From Bugula neritina (taxonomy: Eukaryota; Animalia; Bryozoa): a stretch of 64,000 nucleotides of DNA. The stretch covers positions 6,340,707 to 6,404,706 of the forward strand of contig OZ037767.1 in assembly GCA_964035545.1 (NCBI GenBank), given 5' to 3'. This document shows positions 25,482 to 41,000 of this stretch, in pieces (position 1 is the stretch's first letter; each line of letters opens with the position of its first letter). The position numbers were made by a program, and so were the translations under genes. The notes beneath the pieces were generated by a model. The model ran no database searches. It worked only from the letters and a program-made list of their open reading frames with translations, and was not told where the DNA came from.

Positions 25482-28400
25482 TTAAGCCTGTGACTCCGCG
25501 TCATTGACTGCCACGTCATCTAGTTTTTGTACCGCCTCTCCCGTTTCTCCTGTCTCCTCCTTTGGCTGGGAAGGACCAAACAGGTTTTCCTTCATCTTGG
25601 TCAGATGCTTACCAATTGTTAACACATCAAAAAAGACGATTGCGCCAACGAGGGTGCCTAAGATTATGAGAGTGACTGTCCCAAATGTGGCCGAACCTTC
25701 ACTTTCTTCTGGTTTGTGAGTGAATGCTGTGACTATCTCGATAATTTCACCTACAAATAGAAACGAATTTTGAAAGATGTGAACGTGGCTCTTTATCTTG
25801 ATATTGCAGTACATGATCAGTTGTTGAAAAATTGAACTGAGTTAAGTTATTGGCATAAAGTAAGCACAATGACTAAGCAGAAAAGTTGTTCATCAAGCAA
25901 TTTTTTTCCCAATTTTATACTTAATCAAATAGATATGTACAAAGTTTAGGGTTAGTTTTTAGTATAAACTATGCTTCTATAACAAAAATTACAGCTGTGT
26001 CATGTCATCTGATTCATATAGAAAAGCTGCCAACCTTTACATGGCAGCTAAAACGTGTGAAAATAAAAACAGACTTTGTAAATTTAGCCTGGTTCTATTG
26101 AATGCATATATAATGCTTACGCATGTACAATATATGCGTGTGTGAGCGTTTATGTCCATATAATGTAATCATAAAACTTCTATAGCAGGAAATGTTGTGT
26201 ATTTCAAACTCAAGTATTACCAAACAATACTAACCTATACAATCAGAGACAAATGTTGGACTCCATTCTCCATCTTCATTGCAAACTACTTCTCTAAAAT
26301 TCACCACAAAAATTATCAATTTTAAAAAGTTATAAAATTGCTCTGCACAAAATACTCTACTCAGCATCTAACTCGGTCCAAATTAAACTAAATATAATCA
26401 CCATTAACCATTCTTCTGGGAGTAAACAGTGATCATTAGAGTAGTAAGTGAGATAGATTAATGAAGTAAGTAGTTACCTAACTTGCAGCCCATCAGAGAA
26501 ATACCACGTGGGATCAATGCAGGTATAGTTTACTTTATCCCCAAATCTATACACTTCACCATTCGTATTGTTCCAATCATGTACAAATGTATCTGATCTG
26601 TTGGGTGGAGTGCCAAGGCATCTTTTTCCTTAAATAAATTTAAGAGTCCAGAATTAATCGCTTAAAAATAGTATTAACATCCGCAAAACAAATCACATCT
26701 GCAGAAGATTTCCCCGTTGAGTCAAATTATGACCTCATTCACACGGCCTACAAAGATTGCTATATTACTTTATTAATTTAAAAAAGGTTATAGAGGACAA
26801 CTCCAAGCCTTTGACAGACGAGTTGACATATAGTCTGAGCTACTCACTCTCGCAGCCTGCAGCTATCTGCTTATCCCACGTCTCATCAAGCTGGCAGTAA
26901 ATACTCTTCCTTGTGGTGGTATCAGGATATCTCATACCCTTCACACACGAGAGGACAACTTCTGTAAACACTGCCCGAGACTCTGTGGATTTCTCTGTAT
27001 TTGGTACCGTGTATTCAGGGCACGTCATTTCTGAATTGTAAAATACTGGATTTTATAGCATATCTTGATGGAAATGTTGCGTGATCGTTGAGATGTGAAA
27101 CAAATGCTAACCTCAATCAAAAATAATTCGAGACCAGTATATTTCAGATAATAACTGCATTCATATTCATATGAAGTGCAACACTGAATTATAAAACAGT
27201 TTTATACTAAACTACTGTTGCTTAAAAACATGGACATCATGTGATACTCAATAAGCTTCTTCATACAATTTTCATTCAACAGTTATCTATAGCCGTTATG
27301 TAAAGACTTTTTATTGAGCAACTGTTAGCTATAGCAAGAAAACTGGACCGAGCAAAACTACAAGATTTTCAGAAGTACTGAAAGAATTACTTGAAAGAAT
27401 TATTAAAGTTAAAGTATGCATTGTAGTAGAGTTTCACCTAAACAGGGAGCGGGGTCTGGTACCCAGCCACCCTCTTTACATTCAAATGTCTTGACTGTGG
27501 TATTGTCACCGTATTTAAACCCCGGCACACACTCATATGTGGCCACTGTTCCGAAACTGTTGAGAGGAGTATCTGCATATGCATTGGCTGTGATGGGTCG
27601 GACACAGTATTGCTCTGAAACGACAGAAACTTGGCTACACTAACATGTATAAAAGTAATGAAAATTGAAACCATATGCTCTGTATGCACTATATAATCTT
27701 ATTACAGAAACAATTATTTATTATTTATTAAATTTATAATAAAAATATAATATTATAATACAAAATAATTTCATAAACTTGTGCTTTCCATAATAAAATC
27801 TTGCATGTTTGATATTTTTAGCTTTGTAAAGCTGCCACCAGACATTTAATTTATAAAAACTAAACATGACACTCAAATAAATTAAGAGAGGTTTCATTAG
27901 AAATGCCTTTAAAACTTTCATATGAGCTCAACTGCCTAAAATGATAATTTTTATGACTCTATAAAATTTAGACAATTGTTTTAAATATATTTAAGACAGC
28001 TTTAGAAGCGCTGAAATGGAGTATTTTCAGAAAAATAAAAAAATTTGTTTAAAATACTCAAAAATAGCTTAAAACACGGTCAAATGTATTAAAACAGCAT
28101 TTCTATCTCTTATGCTTATGTGATGTTTAAAATTAGTTTTTGTAAAACCTAAAAATCATGTTCTCAAATTGATACACCAAAATGCTGTTATTGAGTGTTT
28201 TTCTATTATTTAAATGAAGTTTAAGGTCATTTTTGTCAATGCTCTCAAAATCACTAAACAGTATATCTGAGTGCTTTTTTATTTTTGTCAGAAATTCTCC
28301 AAAGGCCATATGTAACACAGTGCTTTTAAGTATTTTTTTATAAAATTTGGAAACTCCTCGTTTCAAATTATTATCTAAAACAGCCTTTATATATACAGTA

Positions 28401-31216
28401 AACAATCTGAAACGAATTATTTCTATTGTGAGGAAAAGTTGGTTTAAATGCTCCAAAACAGTTGAAGATGCAAATAAAAAAAACTGAACCAACTTGTACA
28501 GTCGTTGAGGGTATCCCCTTGCCAAGTCTTGTCTGGTGTACAGGTTATGTATCTGGTTTCTCCTTTAGAGAACTGGTCAAACCAATAGCCATCAACACAT
28601 TTATAGTAGACTATAGTACCAAATTCTATAGTAAGATCTGTACCATTCGTCAAAATCTTATCACTAAAAGCGGGTGGTGGCAGACACTGCTTCGCTGAAA
28701 AAGCCAATAAAAGAAATTGCACAGCTAAAGTTTATCAAATGATTAAAAATAAAATTACTATACAAATTATGTTAGTTCAAAATTGACATAAAGCCTATTT
28801 TCTTAAGATTGTACATGTAAATGTTATCAACACGAAAAACACATGATCCCAATGACAAGTCTTCATATGCCACAGAATTTCTTCTACAGAAGAACCAAGT
28901 CTTTCAACAGTCGACACCAATGTGTTAGTCATCTGACATACAGTCACATGACATACATAGTCACATAACATACACATGGTCACATGACATACACATGGTC
29001 ACATGACATACACATGGTCACATTAGATACACATGGTCACATCACATACATGGTCACATGACATACACATAGTCACATGACTTACGCTGACACGCAAACT
29101 CTACCGGGAGGTCCGGGACCCAAACACCCCCAATACTGCAGACGGAGCTCTGTACAGTTGACTCGTCAGGATACTCCCTCCCTTCCAGACATGTGTACGT
29201 AGCAACGGCTCCCTGGGGCACCACAGTATCGCTTGTGATTACACCGGGGTCGGGTGTTATCTCATACGTACCCAACTCCATATCGCCTGGGACTCCACAG
29301 TCTGGGAAGTTGAAGAGAAAAAATGGGTATAAAGCAGGTGACAAAGTTGAGTTAATATAGACACGGATTAATATAAAAGTGAAAATTATCAACTGTATGA
29401 AGCTTTAGCAGGCACATGGATGTTGCTCTCTGCGAATTCAGCATCTTAGAAGTCATCCAATTGTTGATATTTCATTTAGGAAGTTGAGATTGTATATAAT
29501 GCTATATGTCAACCACCCATACATAGCACACTACTGCTAAATTATACATATATCTTGTGATAGTTTGCTTCTCACCAGCATATTTCTTGCATACAAAAGG
29601 AAGTTTTTTAGAGCAGTCCCAGTCTCTCCACACTCCTTGTATGAAGGGGGTGAGTCTGGCACAACCCCCTTCATCGTCAGGTTCACCAATATCCCATTTC
29701 AAGTACGCTCCTGCTTTGCCTGTAGACTCCCACCTCCAGATGTCACCAAACACCTGCTTGTAGCCGATCCAGTAGGACTCCGCGGTCTGAGCTGGTCTGG
29801 AAAAAGAGATAAAGTGATAGAGCAAAATCAACATTATTTCAATAATTTACTTTAGTTTACATATTATTCAGCTGGTGACATTTTATATATCAAGCTTATA
29901 AAACAAAATGAAATTTAAGCAAATGTCACATATATGCTAAAATTCAGTATATCTACCAAATTTGGTAAGAACTACGAACTTGTATTTGCAAGAGTTTTCT
30001 TCTACTGAAGAAATAAACACCAGAAAGGCAATTAGTGACAACTGCAAAGTCATTTTCAAAAAGACTCAAGAACTGAAAGTCGACTAAGAATTCCACGATT
30101 GAAACTACATTCATTATTAATTAAAAAATAAATGAACTTTTTCTTGGTTGCTCAAATTTCTATCAAAACAATAAAATTTATTTTAATATCTGGAGGCGAA
30201 TATTTGTTCTATAAAATGGATCAGAATTGAATGTTGAAAGGTAGAGGAAACCTTAATATATGCCGGAATTTTAAAGTAGAATTTCTTACCCCAAGTTGTA
30301 TGTAAAAACATTTTCCCCATCATCGTCTATATAGAGCAAGTCAGCATACCCTTCTTCGCATGCCAGCTGAGCAGCTGCTTGAGTTGTGACATTGGAAGAG
30401 AAATAGTAGCAGAAGAGCCCACTTTGCACCCACCCATCGTCACATACGCCTACAAATATGCAGTAGGTGGTACCTGGCAGTAGCAGATCTATGGAGTCAA
30501 CACACTAACTACTATTACAGTACTCCCGCCGTAGCTCACGAATCCCTTCAACACCAGGTTCCATAGGTCATGAGAAGGGATTGAACCCCTGTTTTCTGAC
30601 TGACCACCATTTTTCGAGTCAATTTCAAATTGTGAGTAAGTAACGCTGCCTTTATTGGAGAAGCTTTCTAATGCATAAACGATGGGGAAGGAGGGATGAA
30701 ATGTCTGGTTTTGATAGTAATTGATAAATTAAAAGTCAAATGCAACTGTGCATAAGTTGAAAAGTTTAGATTAAATGGTTATTTGCTGTATACAAGTTTA
30801 TGTATGTGTGTACAGGAACAAATTGGCCAAATTTAACAAATAGTGAGCTAAATCTGGGATTTTACTATTGAGGTTTCGTACCATAGCTTCGTGAGATATG
30901 GAGGGAGCATTGCAGTCACTAGCAGTCAGTCAATAGAGGGAACAACTATTATATAATACAAACACATTAGTAGATCACTAACCTGTCACTAGGATACTAG
31001 AGGAGTGAAGACACAGCAAGAATGTCCAAACCTAAAATATATAACGAAAGATTTGAGTGCAACAACTTTCTTTTATAGTTTGAAATCTATGATGTAATTT
31101 GCAACAACTAAACTTTACATTTTATTAGATACATATGTTATATATAAGTGATAGGACAACTGAATTTGAACACAACTACAAAAAAAACAACAACTTACAC
31201 ATTCAAATCTCAACAT
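25482..31216 (-). CDS. Selectin-like type I membrane protein: signal peptide, C-type lectin domain, 5 CCP/sushi domains, TM helix, cytoplasmic tail; ~567 aa
   Basis: 11 phase-consistent exons: 31216-31199, 31031-30983, 30449-30290, 29796-29576, 29301-29086, 28694-28494, 27614-27438, 27030-26848, 26628-26478, 26293-26235, 25750-25482. CTL motifs CDDGWVQSGLFCYYF, YWIG, GEPD, WRDWDC, FVCK; five C..C..C..W..C repeats; TM VTLIILGTLVGAIVFF. Confidence 0.88.
28940..29080. repeat. 19-bp minisatellite (CATACACATGGTCACATGA) next to a splice donor
   Basis: About 7 imperfect tandem units. Confidence 0.85.
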
Positions 31217-32055
31217 GTTGCGTATTTTGATCTAGTCCACCATTTTGTACACAGGGTTGATAAGGAATGACACAAGTGATTACATCAAGACAAATATTCA
31301 ATCAATAATTATACCTTCACATATATATAGAGAAATATTCTTTAGGTGTAAAAAACCCTCCTCAATAAATATGAATACAATTGAATACTTGACCCTTTGT
31401 CAATATTATGACAATCAATACAATAACAATTGTTCAGAACAATGTGAAGATGGTAGCCATAACACAGGTCAACCAAATAGTGGCCTTTGTCAAGACAGAA
31501 AGCTTTAACAATAGTAATGCCATGATGTTTAGACTATCTTTTAACATAATATAGCCTATAGCCCTATACCATGCTAAATAGAATCGTTACATCAAAGATC
31601 AAATTAAATAATTATGATGTAGCTTGTGAACCATCAAGTACTAAATTATTAATGTAAAAAACTTACTTTTGAAATTGATCTGTAGGACTTCTATGTAGAA
31701 TTAGTAACTTTAGATTACCAAATGGCAATCGGCAGGTTTACTTCTTTAAGAAAAACATTTAAAATTTTAGTAATAGGTAAATAAAAATACACTGTTAATA
31801 TTTTTATACATCATAAATACAATTTATTTGGTTATATAAAAAATCAAAGCCGTACAAGTTAAAAACATTCACTCAAAAACTAGAAAGCTCCACCACTACT
31901 GAACATGATTCAATTTAATTCTCTGCATGTATAAAAATTGAAGTAAACTTACTAAAATCATGGACTAATGCACACAAGTAGATCTACCAAAGACAATGTA
32001 AACGTTAGAGTCTGGGTACGAGGACGGAAAGTGAGTGGTAGAAGAGTGGCAGCAG

Positions 32056-35000
32056 CTAATTGTTGTTACTAGCAGAAATATCCTCTACACTTGAGCCAAG
32101 CTCCGAGAGAGATTTAATGTTGACCAGCTCCGATTTGCCATCTCTATCCGTGCTGCTCGTATAGGAAATAGCTGACAGCTCGGGTTCCGACAGATGTATC
32201 ACCTCACCGGCAGCGCTGCTTTCGTCTTTGCTGCCCGTAACAGAGACAAAGTCATTAGAACTGTAATCATCGTCAACACCAGGTGTTTCACTTATGAGTG
32301 TTGACTGCAACCGCCCTGTGTCAGTTTCACGGGAGCTGATGAGCTCAGCAGGTGCTTGCTTACTAGAAGCGGGTGCTTGTTTACTAGAAGCAGGTGCTGG
32401 CTTGTCTGCACCGGAAGAAAGTCTGTCTGAAGATTTATCCTGTGCTATGGGGTCATCGGGAAGGTCAGGAAATCCCTCTGTAGACTTCATAACATCTACA
32501 GCTGCTGCAGCTCGTGGAGTCAGTTTCGGCGTTTCCAACTCCGACACATCTTTCAACTCAAATGCCTTTATCTTAAAGGTACCAGGAGAGAGTGCTGATT
32601 CCGTAATCATCTCTGCGGCTTCAGACTTGCCATCTGCTTTGGATTTGTCTTTCCTTTTCTTCTTCGCCTTGGTGGGACTTTCCACCTGCATTACAGATTA
32701 CCGGCGTGAAAATCTTGAACGATGTTACATGGTAATATCAAATTTAAATGGAGTTTAAGCAAAATAATTTACTTATACAGTGTTTAAAAAATAAAATCAG
32801 TGCAGCAGCAAATAGCATGCAACCTCGATCAGCATTCTCTTTGGTACACGAGCAAATAACTACCAATCAAAGTGACTCATCACCATACAGCCACTATACA
32901 AAGATCCACCACCTAAACAATTGCAAAAATCTATAAAAAATTATTGAACTAATAAAATCTTATAGCAACAAATCACGAGAAACTGTTGAACAGTAAATAA
33001 ATAAAAATAATATATTTCATCTGGTAGCTCTTTATCATGCATTGCAAAATATTTCATAAATAAACCATGCTAATTATAAAAAATAATACATAATGCAAAC
33101 AGCTTGAAGCTACCTTACCTCACTCTTCCTTGCTGTTAAACAGATATAAACATACAAAGAGTGATTATTTTCAAAGTCTTTGCCACCCGGCACTTTTTAC
33201 GTCTGAGAAAGTTTAAAATTCTGACTAATATTTAAATGTATTATATTTACCTCAAAACAATAAAAGGTGAATAGTGCTGTATGAATGCAACAAGCAAAGT
33301 TAGGGACACATTTTTAGGCATCTTATTTTGATGATGCTGTAATAATTTGTATACAGTGTACAGAACACATTGTTGTCAGGCATCAAATCTCAATAGTAAA
33401 AAAGTGTCATGTGACAGAGGACCTCTAACTTCAAATTCAAAACATTTTGAATGATATCATAAGGCTGAGGGAAACTAAACTCAAGTACGGCTCATTACTT
33501 GCCCCTTTGATGAGTAACAAAGCTGCTTATGCATAGCATAGTCACAAAATTTAGCTAATAAACATTATTTTAAAATATTGAAATTCTAAGTTCAACTGTT
33601 ATCATAGGGGAACTTCTCCATAAAGCCGATAGCAGCAGTTTGATATATTTCAGAAATGAAAGAAAGAGTTGTGTTCTCTTAATACAAATGTTGAGCTCAG
33701 GTTGTTAATGTTTACAGACTACTTTACAACATTTTCATGTTGAAAACAAATATCAGCCAAAACATTATGCAACAGTACCAATTATTACAGGAACTAGTTC
33801 TAAAGCATCTAACTACCAGGTATTTCCTTTGACACTTGAACTAGTGATAGTCAGAGAGGAAACAGCTAAAAATATACTCACGAAAGCTTCAGCTTGCTCA
33901 GCCGATCTGACAGCAGCAGCAAGTGCTAGCACGTTCCCGTCTGTCATGATCTCAGAGTACGTCTTCTTGGGTGAGTCAGAATCAGGTGTCGGCTTGATGA
34001 TGTCATCACTTTGCAGAGCTATCTGTCTCTTCAGCACATAGTCACTGCAACACGTGACACAGTAGGTACAACACGTGACACAGTAGATATAACATGTGAC
34101 ACAGTAGGTACCACACGTGACACAGTACGTATAGCACATGACACAGTAGATCTACACTGTTTACTACTACATTATAATGCCATCCAGCAAATATTCAGGT
34201 AAAGTACCTGTAGCTATGTGAAATGTTTGGTTGCCGTGGTGATTGAGACTGCAAAGGGGCAGGAATGGGTGAGGAGGTGCCAGCAAACGTATCCAATCCG
34301 GCTTCCTGTATCAGATGTCCCAACCTGCAGTTATATAACTAGACTAGTCATTTCACAATTCACGTTAAACAGTTCATCTGGTACGGTGGAATTAAACAGA
34401 GTTGTCTGCCTTCCACTACTTGAATACAAACTCAAAAGAAAAAATTGGTTTCATTTTTACAAAGCGAATAGTTTTAAAAAAATTAGCAGAAAGGCTTTTT
34501 TCATATTTTTTACTCGCAACACCAGATGTGTAAAGAAACAGAAGCATATTATAATGTGGCTCCCTTGTGGCATCTTGCCAAAATTTAGGACTACGTGGGA
34601 ATTGCAACCAACACCAACGCACAAGACTTTGACACGCAATCAGCATGTATTACAGGTTGAATACGTACCCAGTGTCTCTAACCACGTCCAGAAACTGATT
34701 AAACTTAGCAAATGCTGCCTCAATCTGAGTGAACAGCTCCTCGTCACCGGCAGCATCTGTATGAGATGCACGGCGTAGCTGACTTTGAAGACGTCGATTC
34801 TCTCGAGCAAGTTCCAGAGCTCTGTCTTCGGCAGCCAGTCTCGCCGCCGACTCCTCCTTCAGACGTCTTTTCAGGGAAATATTCTCAGCCTGCAGAATGA
34901 ATCTAATGTTTCAGTTTACTCAGCTTGGCAGCATTATAGGTGACCTGAACAGTGTCTTAGAAGTGTTTGACATCTCATTCATTTGAAAAGTTTGTGCTTG

Positions 35001-38000
35001 GTCAGCATGGCGGCCATTTTAACTTAAAATTACATCAAAAAGTGTCAATTTTAATTTAATTTTGACCTACTTCGAAAAAACTCGCTTGACTACATTAACA
35101 GTTTACGTGCTAAATTCAAAGTAAATGACAATAACCTGCAACTCTTTTAGCATAGCCAGAGTTTCCTGGTCACTTTTCACTACTCTTTGTGGGCTGGAAG
35201 ACACACCCCCCTCAATAAATGATGAATGCTCAGATGAGCTCACACTATCAAGCTCCGTCTGCTTCTTGTGAACTGATGAGTCATGAACACCAGGTGATCT
35301 GGGAAAGAGAGAGTATGTTAGTATATTCATAGAAAGCTACACAGACAGCTAGCCCTACTTATGCTACAGCTGTGCGATAGTCTATAGCCAACGTCTCCTA
35401 CTTTAGTGAGCAATACAGCTTGGAGTCACTTAGGCTACAATAATAGTCCAACTAATCCCTGTATACAGTTCACCATAAACTACATTAACACATGCTTCAA
35501 CAATGCATGACCTGACCACTGAAAATTGGGTCAGTTTATTTCATTTCATGCAAACCAGAAAAAAAGAGGCAAAATTTACCCGTTGCCTGAAAATTATAAA
35601 AGTTGCCCAACTGAATTCAAATATATAAACGAAAATTTGATCTATGGGGGGAGGGGGGTCATTCAACGTCATCAGTATATGACGATACATTTCACTATAT
35701 TACATGATCAACAGCCTTGGTACTAGACTTTTGCATATGTGAGAATAGTCTTAGCTATTCTAAATCTAGTCCTGGTAATGCTGTCACCCACCATGAATAG
35801 CTGATACATTATTATACGGCATAGCTGACAGTTACCCAGTAACAATTGCAACTACGATACAACACAGGTTTACTTACAGGTGCTGATGTACAACTGCCCT
35901 CTCAGCTGTTCTCCAAGGTAGACCTCGCTGCTTAGGGACAGCTCTGGGAGTGATGGGAGAGCCAGACACCGCAGCGGCAGCAGAGGCCGACCGTTTCCGT
36001 GGTGACTTGGACAGCGTCACAGTCTTGGATTTGGAAGGTGTGCGGAAAGCTGCATGCGGTTTCTAAAGAACAACATAAAAAATTTAAGCAGAATTTCAAT
36101 GATTAGTCATATTATTAGAAATCCCTAACAAACTTTAAACATGGCACGCAGAGATAGTATTTGGCTGCTGTAATTCAGCTGTGTGACTTTCCCGTATTAC
36201 AGACACCACGCTATACTTTATATTTTATTACCACTTCTAGCTGAGTAAAAAGTGTTGCGCTGTCTAAACAGAGCTTTTTAGATATAATCTAAATGTGATA
36301 TTTTTATAAGAATGAAGTAGTTTAAAATGATACCCCATGATAGCCTAAGGAGCTTACCCTGGCTAAGCTGCGTCGGCTGCAATATATTTCTTTTTTCCTC
36401 TCCGTCTCAACGGGAAGCCAAGAAAACTAAAATTATATAAAATCATCGCGCAATGAAATAAATACTTGACACATCAACCCAACCGTTAGCCTAGTTACAT
36501 CACGAAACAGTAGACTTAATTTGAATCATCTTTAATATAAACATACATCCCAACAATTATTCACTTTACAGTTTGAGAATTTTATTTAATTTCATTTTGG
36601 GGAGACAAACAGAAAAATTGATATTTAAAATTAGCATGTTTTCTTTTTTAGCTTACAACAACCAAAAACATTATCACCAGTGTCAAAATAAAGGCTAGCA
36701 GTAATACAATATTATATATAATTATCTAAAATATAGAAACGATTGAGATTACAATGCATACGTATAGCATAGAAGCTAGGACATCACACAACATACATAA
36801 TAGTTTTAAAACATAATAGCTCTGCCTACAACATGTACATCATCAATCAGCCAATCAATTTTTAATGTAACATGTTCTATCACATCTGGCAGCCATTGAA
36901 AGTTTATTAAAGCAAACAGCATGCCACAGCAATGCCACACACAGACCTCTAAAATGCTGATACAGGTCCATTGAGCCTCGAAATTCACATATAGCCTCCC
37001 ATATGAATTACCTGCGTTGTTTTACCATTACTATTGATCATAACCTGCTGTATCACTCTCTCAACTAAGCCTCTATTTACCATATGATTTCCTCTGATGT
37101 CTAACACAAGAATGGTGGAGTTTAGCCTGAGTGCGTCCAGCAAATGTTCGGCACCCACATCTGTCAGCCCGCATTCTTGCAGGTCCACAGCTACAACATT
37201 ATATTTATTTTACAACAAGTTCAGAGGAGTTGTCACGCTTTTACTCACCTAAATTGAGTTTACTAGTAAAGTATTGTTTGCTAGTTTGACAGAGTCTGTT
37301 CTCATGCCAGCTCCTTCAGGCTGTACAGACTAATAACCACTTCATACAGACTAAAGATCTAATTGGTTAATCTCACCATAGCACCACAATAAGTCATAAC
37401 AATATAGCACGAATTTGTACTACTATCTCATGTCTGAGCACCTTTTAGCCAGAGATCATCCTTCAGTGAATCTGCCAAAGCCTTAGCTCCATTATCACCT
37501 AACAGAGGGTTTCTGTTGAGGGTTATTCTACGCAGCCCCGGCATACAATCCAAGTCCGGGGCACGGTACCTGAGACTACTCTTCCACGCCTCACTGTGCC
37601 TCATTATAGCTTGATGCTACAGAACAGACTCAGACTATTTAATTAACAATACGTGCAGAAGTTAGAATATATGTTAAGGAGAGGGCAACTCTACAGGCAT
37701 TGTTATTATATAGTGTGTCATCATAACATATATAGCAGAACCTACTATCATATATTACATAACATATAGCAGAAGGATTTAGATAATGGAGTGGCATCAT
37801 AAATTTAAAAACAATAAAAGTGCTGTCTTGTTGGAGAAACTGTTTCATACATGGTCGGTACTCTATACAAGTGTATATAATGCTAAGGTTTAAAAGTTGT
37901 CTGATTTCGTTAGTATAATTTAATCTTATAGTGACAAAAAATGCAAATACAAAACAAAAATATACTATAAATAGTCCATTAAATTTTCAGGTTTCAGTAG

Positions 38001-41000
38001 TAAAATCAAAAAACAAACTCGTCTTTTTTAGACACTCGAAGAATAACTTATTTGATCAAAAAATTACCTGTGTGAAAGTTTTAAAAATAAATTTTACTCA
38101 GCTTCTATTTACCTAGGAAACAAGACTGAGTACCTTAGAATATAGATGGAAATTCCATAGGAAACACCTGTTCTAACGCCTACTACTCCGTTAGGAGCTA
38201 CGCAACTGTTTATACACACAGCACATATCGATAACATATTCTGCTATGTGTTGCTTAAAATTTACAATGTGGACAAAAACTTAAATGTGAGAGATTGCAG
38301 CAGAAAAAATATAACAGTATCTATTTTATCTCAGTGAGAGTTTACGATTTATTTTCCATCAGTTACACAATGGCAGAAAATATGTTACCTAATGTACCTA
38401 TTTTGACATATATTATGAAAATATTACCACATAAATGATTATTAAAATATATCATGCACATATAAATATTTTAAAATAGTGCTTTTACTTTGATTTTGGG
38501 ATAAGTAGTATGTTGCATTTAAATTATCTACAAAATATTTCACTCAACGTTTTGAAATAAAAATTTAACAGAGCACTATAAAATTAGGATGTAGACTTTT
38601 TTCTGTAATATAATCATTTTAAATTTTCAAAATATTACATACATTGAGATGCATTTTGGTCTATAAAAGGGGAGGAGCTTAGTTTGTTCAAGTACATCTT
38701 CTACACGCGACTACAGACACTGTTGGCAGTTTTAATTGAATACTGACATTGATTAAAATCAATATAAAATTACCAACTTTATTGATACATTTAATGAGCA
38801 TACAGCAATGTAGATATTTCATAAAGTTACATCTAGCGAACTGGTAATAACCATGAAGATCCACAACAAAAGTATTTTAAGCTGATGAAACTGTTCCACA
38901 CAACAACTAAAATAGAGGACTACCATCGAAAAGGTAAAACTTTATACACAATTGAAGTAATATAATGTAGCAAGAAAGAGTAGATTAACTTGCATTAGAA
39001 ATAGAATAACTACCTCCGGATGTATTTTAAAACCATAATGAGAATAATATCGCTGAATTTAGTCAACATGAACGTGGTTTTACAATGTCCTACAATGCAT
39101 CAGCAGACACCTATCATATTCATCACATATTTCTTGTTACAGAAGATTAAGTTAACTGTTTCTATAATAACATACGTATAAATAATGTACTAACTAATCA
39201 ATTACATATATACATGTAGAATACATAGTATTATTGTGCGTTATGAAAAGCTAGAGGAGGGAGCAATGAACAACGACACTGTGATAACAGATCTGAAAGA
39301 ATTGACAAAACTACTCATCGCTGACAAAATATCAGACGCCCATCAAGCAGCAGCTACGCCGAATACAACATCCGAGAAATGGTTGTTCTCTTTCACGCTC
39401 AGTTTTGTGGTGGCCATCTCAGCATTATTTCTCCTCATCACCATCAGTATACTCGGCATAGTTCTATGTGCCATCAGGTAAACACACTTTATACAGTAAA
39501 CCAGCATTTTGATACGCTTAGGGCTTTAACCCTAACTCTTCCCAGATTGTGAGTATATGGGGTAAAAATATTTATGCTACAGCAGCTATTCTGTCAAAAG
39601 TCAAGTGATATAACAGGGCGGCAGATGGATTTTATTTTCAATCAAATTTGTAAATAATTTTTTATGAAGCAATGTTTTGTGTCTCACCGCTCACGATTTG
39701 ACCACTGGAAAGCTTTGCCTAACCATTTCCAGAGTAATCAATTTTATTATAGATTAATGTGACCACCACAAGACATGACTCCGCTTTTTTTCTGGAATAA
39801 AAGAAGTATCACTGAGTAATTTGATGGTGTTTTGCAGCAAACCCCAAAGAAAATACTAACCCTAACTACTCAAAATTCATGCAGTCAAATTCCTAGTAAC
39901 ATTAGTGCCTTAATGTCACTCAAATGTGTTGAGTCCATGAGAGAAATGAGTGTGACTACATTCACACTAGTTAACTGTCTCAGAACTCATGTCTGATCCT
40001 CTCATCTGTCTGACAGGAGAACCAGCAGAGGGGGCTTTCAACCTCTCATCTCCAACACCAACAGCAATGACCTTGAACTCTCACAAATACTGGACCGAGG
40101 TGATGGAATGAGTGTCAGCAGCTGTGATAGAACCGATTCATTCACATCAACTGCAATCACCTGCCAATACTGTGGGAAAGTAGCAACTAACAGTGCAGGT
40201 GAGAAAGATACATTAGCACCTGTCACCTGGTGTCCAGAAAACTGTCAGAAAAATTCAACTAGAATTAGTGGCAAGCAGCACTAAGACTAGATTTTGAAAT
40301 GTGAATTTTAACTTAATACAAGATTTAAAAATTATATATATAATTCTGTACTTTAATTTATTTATTTGGTAAGTCAATTTTACTTTTTAAACACTTTTGC
40401 AGTTTTGAAAGGTTGAACAGATGCCGTGACTATACTGACAAAATTTAATAAATGTATAACACATTGTTCCCTTTATAGATTCCCCAAACAAGGGCCACCG
40501 ATCATTAAACAGGGTACAGAAGAGCCAAACAACATTTGCATCAACTATTAAGAACAAGATGAAGAAATCATTTACAGCAGGATCTCTCCGAACTCACTTC
40601 GTGTCACCAAGAAATATAAACACGAAACTCATTGGCAAGAGATACCATTCTTACAGCAACTTACTCGCTAGTCAAACTAACCATGAGGTGTGTGAAGATG
40701 AGCTGTGAGCTGAAACAGCAACTAACAAACATGAATCTGAAGTATGTTTTGTTCAAAATCTATACCAATTTCTACCACTATAGCGTGAGATCCCTGCAAA
40801 CTAACTGACTGGTTACATTGCTGTGCAATCCTTGAAACTATACCGCCCTAAGTCCAAGTGACTACCTCCAGACAACATATCTATAAAATTGGGGAACAAA
40901 AGTCTAATTTCATAAACATTCTTCAATATTATACCAATTTAATTGATTGACTAGTTAATTCTTAAACACTTAGATTCTTCTGTTTATAGAGAAATTATAT

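Noticed and set aside
28940-29080. CRISPR-like appearance of short tandem repeats (also 34048-34152 and 51575-51795)
   Set aside because: Head-to-tail units without unique spacers, intronic, eukaryotic context, no cas genes.
32294-32758. 154-aa plus-strand ORF
   Set aside because: Antisense shadow of the last CEP78 exon.
33119-33202. Possible extra CEP78 exon (donor GTAAGG at 33118)
   Set aside because: Candidate acceptors give a stop or a phase mismatch; flanking exons join in frame without it.
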